A stretch of 57,503 nt of DNA, from positions 1-57,503 of the forward strand of contig WHTN01000006.1 in the NCBI GenBank assembly GCA_009377715.1. The letters run 5' to 3'. This document shows positions 47,893-57,447 of this stretch, in pieces. Within the stretch, counting starts at the first letter, position 1. Each line of letters starts with the position of its first letter. Source of the DNA: Dehalococcoidia bacterium (GTDB lineage: Bacteria; Chloroflexota; Dehalococcoidia; SM23-28-2; WHTN01). Under the pieces are notes generated by a model. It had not been told where the DNA came from. It did not search any database and saw nothing but the letters and a program-made list of their open reading frames with translations. A program made the position numbers and the translations under genes.

Positions 47893-49544
47893 TCAGGATA
47901 CTTCCCAGACCGCTTTGCCATCGACCATAGTCATCAGAACCTTCATCTCTTTCAGAGCTTCCGTCTCAACCGTCAACGGGTCGCCCGACAGCACTATAAT
48001 GTCGGCATACTTGCCGGGATCAAGCGTCCCCTTCACATTCTCCTCGAAGGCGCATGCCGCGCTGCCTAGCGTGTACCGCTTCAGCGCCGCTTCGACGGGG
48101 ATCGACCCGGCCCTTGGACACCCGCAAGATGAGTTTCTCGGGTAACCGAACTCCAGATGCCGATCAACGGCTCGTAAGGCGTCACCGGCGAGTCTGAACC
48201 ACCGCCGACGATCAGGCCGCTTTCCAAATAGGCGCGCAACGGCTCGATGTGCTGAGCACGCTCAGGTCCCCAGTACTTACGAAATCCAGCCGCTAAGGTG
48301 TATTGGAGCGGCTGTTGCGCTGTGATTACTAGGTCTAAGGCGCGGGCGCGAGGAAAATGCTCGGGCTGGGCAGCCATCATATGGATCAAAGCCCAACGGC
48401 GACCCGTTAGCGGGGCTGCTGCATGCGCAGCCTCATAAGCGTCGAGGACGGAATCTATGGCGGCATCGCCAACGCAATGGATGCCGACCTGCCAACCGGC
48501 GCGAGAGGCGACTATGCAAAACTCCTGAAGGTTTTCTTCCGAAGCGTACCGCTTTCCATGTGGCTCTCTCGGATCGTCGGTATAAGCAAAAGGCTCACGG
48601 ATGAAGCCTGTCTCCACGCCACCGTCGGCGGTGATTTTTACGCCTCCCGCACGCAACCACGGATCGTTCGCTGGCAAGAACTCGCGCTTCTCGAGTCGAA
48701 ACTTCGCCCTCTCCAACTCCTCAGGCGTAAATCCGGGCACGAAGCGGAACATCGCCGTCGTCCGTACGGTCATCTCATTCCGCTCACGGAGGTTCCTATA
48801 GGAAGTGAACTCGGACTCCATCAGGTCGGGTTCTATCACGCTCGTGATCCCAGCCGCGTTATAAGCTCGCATCACCTTCTTTAGCGCCGCCTCTTCTTGC
48901 TCGGGCATTGGCGACGGCATGGCCCGCAAAATGCGCTGGAAGGCCGCGCCGCCTATAACATGACCAGTAAGGCTACCTCCGCCATCCCGCACAAAAGTGC
49001 CGCCGGGCGGGTTCGTAGCCTCTTCCGGCACGCTAGCCCTTTCAAAGGCGCGACTGTTGACCACTACGTTATGTCCCCCACGGCGAAGCAGTACTGCGTG
49101 GTTGGGGGCGGCCCGGTCTAATTCGTCGCGATTGGGGAACCGCTGCTCGACGAGCTGCTCCTCGTGCCAGCGGCCAGAGGACACTATCCATTCGTCCGGG
49201 GGTGCAACGGCTGCCCGCTGCTCGACCACGGCTAGGACTTCGCCGATGTCTTTCGCCCGGGATAGGTCGACCGCGTCCAAGCCCAGGCCGGTCCCACGCA
49301 TGTGATTGTGGGAATCGAAGAAACTTGGCATGACCGTCTGACTATCGAGTTCGATACGGCGGGTATTTGGGCCAGCCATTTCGGCGATCTCGCTGCTGGA
49401 ACCAACCGCTTGTATTACACCCTCGCGAATAGCGATGGCCTCGGCGACGCGCCCGGAAGAATCGAGAGTCAGCAGACGGCCGTTTAGAAGGATAGTGTCT
49501 GGAGGGCCGTTCGGGATACTTAAACGCGGAACTGGCTGCGTCAT
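47893..49544 (-). CDS. Metal-dependent amidohydrolase (amidohydrolase_3/YtcJ-like; frameshift near 48110)
   Basis: FFDSHNH, KITADG, IHCVGD, GGSDSPV; C-terminus EAALKRYTLGSA...KGTLDPGKYADIIVL...TMVDGKAVW recovered in another frame. Confidence 0.88.
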
Positions 49545-50652
49545 GACGCTCGCGAGGCCCCCACGAGATCGCTGATGTCGGTGCCCAACTCCTTCGCTAA
49601 CTCTGACGCTTCGTCCCAGAAGTTATCGAGCACAGGTATGCCATTCCGCATTCGCTGTTCCGCCATTTCGAAGCCGCGTTTCGCCCGGCATGTATATTCT
49701 GTCCGTATCCGGCCGCTTCTTAGACCTTCGTAACTCGCGGATCCTGCTGTCCACCCTCTCCTTAAATGCTTCGACGTTCTGGAAGAAGGAGATGTTTATG
49801 GCAATGAAGAAGGCGGGGTTATGCAGAATATGGACACCGGGCGGCGTGGGCCAGTCATCGTCGTTGCCGGTTTTTAGGTACGGCAATATCTGACCGATCA
49901 TCTCGACCATGAGTTGGATGCCGTAACCTTTACTGTTGCTGGCCATATTGTCCATGGAGCCACGCCGCTCTACGTTCGGCCGCGGGCCGCCCGGGCCGGC
50001 GAACTGGTTCGGATCTGTTGTGGGAAAGCCATCGTCATCGAGGATAAAGCCGAGCGGTATATGATCGGTTCCCACGTACGGCCGGATGCCGGCGAAGGAA
50101 GTGGACGCTGTCGCCCAATCGAGAATGATCGGATATTCGTCCTTCGTCGGTATGCCGAAGGCTATCGGGTTCGTGCCGAGCATGCGCTCTTTGCCACCCC
50201 AGGGAGGCGTGCCGGCGTCCGAACCGGAGAACGCGATCCCGATCAGGTCCTCCCTGGCTATAAGCTCAGCAAAGAAGCCGAGTGCGTTGCTGCTGTTGCA
50301 CTGGTATATACTCGCAGCCACTATAGGAACGCCTTTTCGCTTTTTCGATAAGCTTTTCGATAGCGAACAGCGTAACTGCTTTACCGTCGCCCCACTGCCC
50401 GTCGACCACGAGATGCGCCGGAGACTCGTTTACGATGGTTGGAACGAAGTCGTTGTTGAGGCCCTCCGCTGTGCCTAGGCGTATACGCTGACGCACCGAA
50501 CGAGCGAAATCGCCGAAACCGTGGTTGTTGCCGCGTAGCGTAGCCCAGAGGTACGACTCGGCAGTCGCCCTGGCCTCAAGGTCCGAGAAGCCGGCTGCCT
50601 TATAAGTCCGCTTGACAAGCTCTCTAAACTGGTCGGGGGTAATGGTTGGCAT
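49541..50652 (-). CDS. Ldh_2 family oxidoreductase (malate/L-lactate/ureidoglycolate dehydrogenase type; frameshifts near 50320 and 49680)
   Basis: LRGNNHG, VVDGQWGDG, PPWGGKERMLGTNPIAFGIP, ILDWATA, KGYGIQLMVE, IYMPGE; ATGA overlap with the amidohydrolase gene. Confidence 0.82.
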
Positions 50653-50842
50653 CCTTACATACCTCCATATCGTTGAAAGGGTCGTACCTTAAGGGCAAAC
50701 TACGTTTTGGCGTTGCGTCGGCTACACGTTCCATCGCCCAACGGTGGTATCCTAGCATACGAAACGCAACGGGAGCTACACAAGGCAATGCCCCAGGGTT
50801 CACCAGGCTCACCTCGCTCTTCTATGCGTTTAAGGAGGATAG

Positions 50843-52217
50843 ATGAGGCGTAACGGCAGCATCCAAGATGCAGCGCTATTCCGCATCCTTTTTTCGGAAA
50901 TACGCCAGGCGATCGCTGAATTTCTGCTCACTCCGCTGCTAATAATCGTCTTCTTTATCGTAGTCGCCGCAGGTGTTTACTCCCTAGACCAAGCCGAGTT
51001 TGCTGCCCCTCGATCCAATACGCGATTTCCTGACGGACCATATCTTCGGAGATCCAGAGGCCACTGCCGACCTCATGGGGATAGTGGCAGCCAGCATCAT
51101 TACCGTCACGTCGATCACGTTCTCAATTTTATTGATCGCTATAGAACAAGCGGCCGCCACAATGACCCACCAGGTGGTCGATCAGTACTTACGTCGGCGG
51201 CTCAACCAGTTCTACTTCGGCTACTTCGTTGGGCTAGCTACTTACGCGCTCCTGATCTTGGCGACTGTGCAGCCTTCATTTAACCCTGTCTTCGGCGGCA
51301 TGCTGGCCGTGATCTTCACAATCTTCGCGCTCCTCCTGCTCATTACGCTGGTATATACGACGCTCGATCGAGTACGGCCCACGGTGATCATCGAAGCCAT
51401 CCACGACCACATCCTCGCAGCCCGCGAACGCCAGGTCTCTATACTGCGGGCGACGCGACGCCAGCCGGAGGCGCCGGGTAGGATGCTGGTTCCGGTAAAA
51501 GCGGAGGTGCACGGGTTTATCACTCGCATCAACATCAACGCTCTTGAAGGCGCCCTCTGGAAACGGCGCCGGGGGAAGTCGTATTCGAGAAGTCGATCGG
51601 GGCTTTCATAGCCTTCGGTGAACCTATCGCGCAAGTCAGCGCAGAGAACGCATCGAATATCGAACTCTTGGCCAACGCCGTGCGCGGGGCAGTCCAACTC
51701 GAGCGTAAACGCGACATCGATTTCGACCCCGCATTTGGCATGGAGCAGCTTGAGGACATCGGCTGGACATCGATCTCTACGTCGAAGCAGGACCCTGCGC
51801 CAGGGCTGCACGCTATTCGCGTACTTTCGCACTGGTGCGACGCCCAACCGGACGTTCCGGACCGGCCGCCGCGAGCCATGAATACTATGGAGTCGCTGGC
51901 AGTGGTTTCTACGGAGTCGATGCAGCACCAGATCTATGCGGAGGTTATTCACGCCATTACGCTGTTGCTGCCAAAGCTGGCTCCGGATCAACAACAGCGA
52001 GCAGAGCGGCTTATCGCACGGATACTATCGGGGATCGGAGACCATGAGACCATATTCTGACGGAGGAATTCGACCAAGCTTTGACAGCCTTGGGTCAGGC
52101 TTTAAACGCAGCCGGTCAGTCTACCAGCGCGGACGAGGTGCGAACCGCGCACCAAAAGCTTGCTGCGTCAGTCGGCAAAGCAAACTCGCGGGCCACGCGA
52201 ATCTAAACACCGGCTAA
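50843..52217 (+). pseudogene. DUF2254-like predicted membrane protein, multiple frameshifts
   Basis: AASIITVTSITFSILLIAIEQAA, RDIDFDPAFGMEQLEDIGWTSISTSKQDP, split over about four overlapping ORFs. Confidence 0.7.
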
Positions 52218-52376
52218 AGCCCTGCAGATACATACCTCAATTCCATAAATACGATCGCAGTCGCAAGAAAGGAGATCGCTACGGCCGCCTTTGGCGACCC
52301 CGCAATGACGGCACTGCGCTATGCGTACCTAGCTGCAGACCTGAAAGTCTGCCTCTTCCTGCAGCTGAAGGACACG

Positions 52377-53657
52377 TTACGCTTTGATTAGCTCAGTCCA
52401 GTCCTTGCCGGCCATTAGATCTGACCAAAAGGAGTAGATGTTGCGCTGGTTCGCCTCGCCGGGCCCTTCGACGAAGGTGCCCGGCAATTCTTCATCGAAC
52501 CGCTCCTGGCCAAGGCGTAGCTGATAGTTGAAGTCGTACCTTCTTGCGACGCGCCCGTTGCTGGACTCGGTGCACATATTCCAGTTCTCGCCATCGTCTT
52601 GCTCCAGCATCCCGCCGGGGCCGGATTGGCCGCGCAGGTTTTGCACTCGGTAGATGTCCTTGATCTCCGGCGGCGCCTCCTTATCGACGATGCACCACGA
52701 CCACGCTTCGACCTTATCGGGCCCGCGCGGGTGCCAGACGCGAATAGTATGATTAGCGTCGGTCACCTGGAAGGAGAAGTTTGGGAAGATCGTACCTGTG
52801 TTCGTCCACACCTTCTGCGCCCTTAACTCTCCCATCTGTTTTTCCCTTTGCGACCAGACTCCCTCCAAATACGAAGCGAGTTCGGGAAGTCGCGGCGGCT
52901 GATTTTCCAATGCCAAGCTTGTGCCATGGCCGTAGTCCGTGTAGACGGTGAAGCTGGGAACAGGCGTTCTGAGGCGATCGGTGCTCCGCCCGCCCAGACC
53001 GACCTTGAGGGCAGAGATGTGGGTGATGTTGAAGTGGTAGCCGTCCGGGCTGAAGTTGTCGGCGGCGAACTTCCAGTTGCTGGTCATGACCCACTTCTGC
53101 GTTCCGCCGACGAGTTCTGTACCGCCCGGAGTACGTTCGAGGAACGTGTCGAGGTAGAAGGTAATATCGCCGAGGTACTCCCGCAAGGACGGAGCTTCAG
53201 GGTCGAACGTGCCGAAGATCAAGCCTTTGTACGAGTCCACCTGGGCAACCGGCACCAAGCCCCACTGCTCTATATCTAGCTCTTCGTAGTAGTACTCTTT
53301 ATATCCTGGCACACCCACCAGTTTGCCGTCGTTACCGTACGTCCAGCCGTGGTACGTACAGGTGAAAGCAGCCGCATTGCCTGCGTCCGCGCGGCAGACG
53401 CGCATGCCGCGATGGCGGCACGTATTTAGGAAGGCGTTGATCTTGCCGCGTGAATCGCGGACGACCAGCACCGGGTCTTCGCCGATGTATGCAGCGACGA
53501 AGTCGCCGGGGTTGGGTATCTGCGACTCGTGGGCCAGGAAACCCCAGCAGCGCGCGAAGATGCGCTCCAGTTCGAGTTCGTATATCTCTCGGTCTACGAA
53601 GAGACGGCGACTGACCAAGCCGCTCTTAGAGTTAACGAGTTCGCTGACGTCGATCAT
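52377..53657 (-). CDS. Rieske ring-hydroxylating oxygenase alpha subunit (copy 6)
   Basis: CRHRG...CTYHGW, DGYHFNITH, EQDDGENW; AAGGAGG before ATG 53657, 17 nt after the SBP stop. Confidence 0.95.
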   Translation of the reverse strand: MIDVSELVNSKSGLVSRRLFVDREIYELELERIFARCWGFLAHESQIPNPGDFVAAYIGEDPVLVVRDSRGKINAFLNTCRHRGMRVCRADAGNAAAFTCTYHGWTYGNDGKLVGVPGYKEYYYEELDIEQWGLVPVAQVDSYKGLIFGTFDPEAPSLREYLGDITFYLDTFLERTPGGTELVGGTQKWVMTSNWKFAADNFSPDGYHFNITHISALKVGLGGRSTDRLRTPVPSFTVYTDYGHGTSLALENQPPRLPELASYLEGVWSQREKQMGELRAQKVWTNTGTIFPNFSFQVTDANHTIRVWHPRGPDKVEAWSWCIVDKEAPPEIKDIYRVQNLRGQSGPGGMLEQDDGENWNMCTESSNGRVARRYDFNYQLRLGQERFDEELPGTFVEGPGEANQRNIYSFWSDLMAGKDWTELIKA

Positions 53658-53674
53658 AAACGCCCTCCTTTGCT

Positions 53675-55351
53675 TTAACTCTTCAACCAAGCATAGGCGA
53701 ACCGGTACGGCTCCTGAGTATCATTCTTGTAGCCGGCGACACGCGGCTGAATCGCGACTTCTCCGGTCTGGCCCACGGTTGGCGAAGCCACAGCGTCCAT
53801 TAGTCCGCGGCGCACTGCATTTAGCAAGACCGGCTTACGTTCTTCCGGCTCCAGTATCGTCGATTGGGCCTCGATCAAGCGGTCAAATTCGGCATCCGCA
53901 AACTTCTTCCAGTAAGTTGCAACGCCACCATTAGAATGGAAGTAGTTGAACAGATGTAGGTTCGTGCCTCGCGGAGCTGGGTCGTTAAGGATCGCTATCG
54001 GCTCCTTGGCCGACCTAAAGATTTCGATTACTTCCTGACTCTCAATAGGCCGGAGCTGGGCTCTGATACCGATCCTTGCCAACTCGGCGAGGAAGCTCTC
54101 CGCTGTCCCGACGTTCCTCTGGTAGGCAACCCCGTTTGGTATGACCGGGTTTAGGGAGCCGGGGTCGACGCCGGCAGCCTGCAGCAGCTGCTGGGCTTGC
54201 TGAGGATTGTAACCTACCAAGTTATCAAACTCACTTTGCGGCAGGATCCAGTCCAGGGAAGGGACGAACATCATTGGGTGCAGCCAGCCGCTGCCAAAGT
54301 ACACCTGATCAAGAATTTGCTCGCGGTTGAAGAGCTTGGCCAGAGCTTGCCTGACCCTCTGGTCGGTATAAGGCGGTACCGTTGGGTCTATCCAAAGGCG
54401 GTCGCCGGTCTGATTGAGCAGTCTGGCGTCCAGCACGTAGAGGTCCGGGACCGTCTGTTTGAGCAGGTCAGTGGTCTGGCCGACCGTGCCGATTATGTCG
54501 ATCTGCCCAGTTCGGAAGGCAGATATCTCAAGGTTGGGGTCTTCGAGACGGTAAACTTCGTGCCGTTCCATATAGGGAAGGGACTGGCCATCGCTGCCAT
54601 CTATATAGAACTCCGGGTTACGCGTCGACGCGGTTAATGCAGTATCGGCATCGTTTGGAGACCAGATCCAGGCGCCAGAGCCGATGATCGGTCCCTCCAC
54701 CAGGTCGCCTCCCGCCGCCTCGACGCTCTCTGGCGGGACGATGGGGGTACGAAGGTCGCTCAGCGCCCAAAGGAGGTCGGCATCGGGCTGGGACAGCGTA
54801 ACTCGAACTGTAGAATCGTCCGGCGCCTCTACGTTTGTCACAGCCCTGAGCGTGCCGCCATTTACCTCGGCCTTCTGCCTCTGGTAGCTAAATACGACAT
54901 CCGATGCTCTCACGTTCCGGCCGCCCACCGGCGGAATATTTTGATATGTAACGGCTGGGTTGATCTTGAACACCCAGACCGTAGGCTCGGCAACCTCCCA
55001 GTTCTCGGCTATGTCCCCTATGAAAGTAACCTCATCCGGATATTTGTCGAGGTCGTGGCGGGCCAAGCGGCCGTAGTTGCCATGTGATTGCGGCTGGGAA
55101 AAGGTGCTCTTGTGCGGGTCCCAAGTCGGGGCAAAGTCGACAGTGTTAAGGTCACGGAGGGTGCCGCCGCGGACGGGCTGATCAGAGGCGCCGCCGGTAG
55201 CGACCGGACTAGCTCCGCTATCGCCTTCTTCCTCGCCGCAACCGATTACGGCCGCCGCCGCGATGCCTGCGCCACCCAGTACTACCCCCTTCAACGCGCG
55301 GCGCCGCGTAATGCGCCTCCGCCAGAAACGATCCCAGTAGTTAGTTTCCAT
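53675..55351 (-). CDS. Tat-lipoprotein family-5 solute-binding protein (copy 3)
   Basis: METNYWDRFWRRRITRRRALKG...VIGC; PVRGGTL, GDIAENWE, RVRQALAKLFNRE. Confidence 0.9.
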   Translation of the reverse strand: METNYWDRFWRRRITRRRALKGVVLGGAGIAAAAVIGCGEEEGDSGASPVATGGASDQPVRGGTLRDLNTVDFAPTWDPHKSTFSQPQSHGNYGRLARHDLDKYPDEVTFIGDIAENWEVAEPTVWVFKINPAVTYQNIPPVGGRNVRASDVVFSYQRQKAEVNGGTLRAVTNVEAPDDSTVRVTLSQPDADLLWALSDLRTPIVPPESVEAAGGDLVEGPIIGSGAWIWSPNDADTALTASTRNPEFYIDGSDGQSLPYMERHEVYRLEDPNLEISAFRTGQIDIIGTVGQTTDLLKQTVPDLYVLDARLLNQTGDRLWIDPTVPPYTDQRVRQALAKLFNREQILDQVYFGSGWLHPMMFVPSLDWILPQSEFDNLVGYNPQQAQQLLQAAGVDPGSLNPVIPNGVAYQRNVGTAESFLAELARIGIRAQLRPIESQEVIEIFRSAKEPIAILNDPAPRGTNLHLFNYFHSNGGVATYWKKFADAEFDRLIEAQSTILEPEERKPVLLNAVRRGLMDAVASPTVGQTGEVAIQPRVAGYKNDTQEPYRFAYAWLKS

Positions 55352-55377
55352 TACATACTCCTTTTGCCTAAGTCCTT

Positions 55378-55470
55378 AGACATGAAGCCGAACGGGTTTG
55401 GTATCTGCGATTCGTGGCTGGAGAAGCACCAGTAGCGAGCGAAGAGCTACTCCAGCCTGTTCGTATATCT
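55378..55470 (-). pseudogene. Decayed 5' fragment of an RHO alpha gene
   Basis: Minus strand translates IYEQ / LE*LFARYWCFSSHESQIPNPFGF, matching IYExELERIFARCWxFLAHESQIPNPGDF of the intact copies. Confidence 0.8.
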
Positions 55471-55477
55471 TTGTTAC

Positions 55478-57160
55478 CTAACTCTTCAACCAAGTAAAGG
55501 CGAAGCGATGCGGCTCCTGGCTGTCGTGCTTGTAGCCCACGACCCGAGGCCGGATAGCGAATTCTTGCGTCTGGCCAACCGATGGTACAGCTACAGCGTC
55601 CGAGAGGCCCCGCCGTACGACCTCTAACAGAGCAGCCTTACGCCGCTCTGGCTCGTCCACTATCGTTGCCTGCGCCTCAATTAGCCTATCGAACTGAGTA
55701 TCTCCAAGCTTCTTCCAGTACGTCGCCACGCCACCACTCGAGTGGAAGTAGTTGAACAAGTGCAAGTTAGTGCCTCGCGGCGCCGGGTCGTTCAGTAACG
55801 ATATCGGCGCCTTGGCCGTGACAAAGACATCGATTACTTCTTGGCTTACAATGGGCTGAAGCTCGGCGGTGATCCCTATCTTCTTCATCTCGGACGCAAG
55901 GATCTCCGATATCGCAATGTTCCTGGCAAAGTTAGCTCCTGAGGGTATTGTGGGCCTGAATGACCCCAAGTCCACGCCGGCCGCCTGGAGCAGTTGCGTG
56001 GCCTGCTGCGGGTTGTAACCGACCAAGTTATCAAACTCCGACTGAGGCAAGATCCAGTCTAATGAAGGGACGAACATCATCGGGTTTACCCAACCGCTGC
56101 CAAAGAAGGCATTATTCTGTATCTCCTCGCGGTTGAACAGCTTGCCGAGGGCTTGCCTGACCCTCTGGTCGTTGTACGGCGACTGCGTCGCATCCATCCA
56201 GAGCCTGTCGCCGGTCTGGTTTAGTAGTTTGGCGTCCAGCACATAGAGATCGGGCACTGTCTGTTTGAGCAGCTCGGTAGTCTGGCCGTTGGTGTCCATG
56301 AGGTCGGCCTGCCCAGTGCGAAAAGCGGAAACCTGAAGGTTGGCATCTACAATGACTACCTGTTCTACATTCTCCATATAAGGGAGCGGCTGGCCATCCG
56401 TTCCTTTTCGGAAGAAGTCCGGATTGCGCCTCTTCTTGGATACTTGGTTTAGGACGTAGCTGGCCTGGTCCCAGATCCAGGCGCCGGTGCCGATGATCGG
56501 TCCTTCTTTCAGTTCGCCGCCCGCGGCCTCCACGCTCTCCGGTGGGATTATTGGCGTCCTCAGGTCACTAAGCGACCAGAGGAGGTCTGCATCCGGCTGC
56601 GCCAGAGTCACTCGAACGGTCAGGTCATCGGGCGCCTCCACCTTTGAGACAGCCCTGATGGTTCCCGCGTTCACGTTGGCCTTCTGTCTCTCGTAGCTGT
56701 ATACGACATCGCTTGCTTTGACAGTCCGGCCGTTCACTGGCGGAATATTATGATATTTGACGGCCGGGTTAATCTTGAAGACCCAAACAGTCGGCTCGGC
56801 GATCTCCCAGCTCGCCGCTATATCGCCGGTGAAGGTCACCTCGCCAGGATATTTATCGAGATCATGCATCGCTAGCCGGCCGTAGATGCCATGACCCCCC
56901 GGCTGCGCAAAGGTGCTCATGTGCATGTCCAGGGTTGGTGCGTGGTTGATTTGCGTAAACTCGTAAAGCGTCCCCCCACGTACCGGCTGATCAGAAGCTC
57001 CTCCGGTAGCCGTTGGAGCGGCGCCGTCACCCCCTTCCTCTTCATCGCAGCCGACTACAGCAGCCGCCGCGAGCCCCGCACCGCCTATCACAGCCCCCTT
57101 CAGTGCGTGGCGTCGCGTGATACGCCTCTGCCAGAAGCGATCCCAGTAGTTAGTGTCCAT
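55478..57160 (-). CDS. Tat-lipoprotein family-5 solute-binding protein (copy 4, close paralog of copy 3)
   Basis: MDTNYWDRFWQRRITRRHALKG...VVGC; long stretches identical to copy 3, e.g. PMMFVPSLDWILPQSEFDNLVGYNPQQA. Confidence 0.9.
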   Translation of the reverse strand: MDTNYWDRFWQRRITRRHALKGAVIGGAGLAAAAVVGCDEEEGGDGAAPTATGGASDQPVRGGTLYEFTQINHAPTLDMHMSTFAQPGGHGIYGRLAMHDLDKYPGEVTFTGDIAASWEIAEPTVWVFKINPAVKYHNIPPVNGRTVKASDVVYSYERQKANVNAGTIRAVSKVEAPDDLTVRVTLAQPDADLLWSLSDLRTPIIPPESVEAAGGELKEGPIIGTGAWIWDQASYVLNQVSKKRRNPDFFRKGTDGQPLPYMENVEQVVIVDANLQVSAFRTGQADLMDTNGQTTELLKQTVPDLYVLDAKLLNQTGDRLWMDATQSPYNDQRVRQALGKLFNREEIQNNAFFGSGWVNPMMFVPSLDWILPQSEFDNLVGYNPQQATQLLQAAGVDLGSFRPTIPSGANFARNIAISEILASEMKKIGITAELQPIVSQEVIDVFVTAKAPISLLNDPAPRGTNLHLFNYFHSSGGVATYWKKLGDTQFDRLIEAQATIVDEPERRKAALLEVVRRGLSDAVAVPSVGQTQEFAIRPRVVGYKHDSQEPHRFAFTWLKS

Positions 57161-57313
57161 AGCGTTTAATCTCCTAAAGCGCTGATTTCGCGCGCTAACT
57201 TTAAGCGGAACGATTAGAGTTTGTCAATCCTTTTTATAGGCTTGAGCATATTTTCACAAAGGATTCGTCGTCTGCTTGCCAGGATGAGGAGATAGCTGCA
57301 CGTTTTCTCAAAT

Positions 57314-57354
57314 AAACAGGGGGGCGGCTTCGACATGAAGCCGCCCCCCTGTTT
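57314..57354. terminator. Rho-independent terminator
   Basis: AAACAGGGGGGCGGCTTC-loop-GAAGCCGCCCCCCTGTTT. Confidence 0.85.
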
Positions 57355-57447
57355 CGAACGCTAGATCACTTAACGCGGACCAGACTCTGGGTGCCTGCAA
57401 AGTTGCTTTCTCGCATCAAGCACTCGTCGCTAAGCCTAAGGTCTATT

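Noticed and set aside
13709-53657. Diversity-generating retroelement, shufflon or recent gene conversion behind the constant/variable RHO pattern
   Set aside because: No reverse transcriptase or recombinase, no template/variable repeat pair, and the constant block differs at many synonymous sites between copies.
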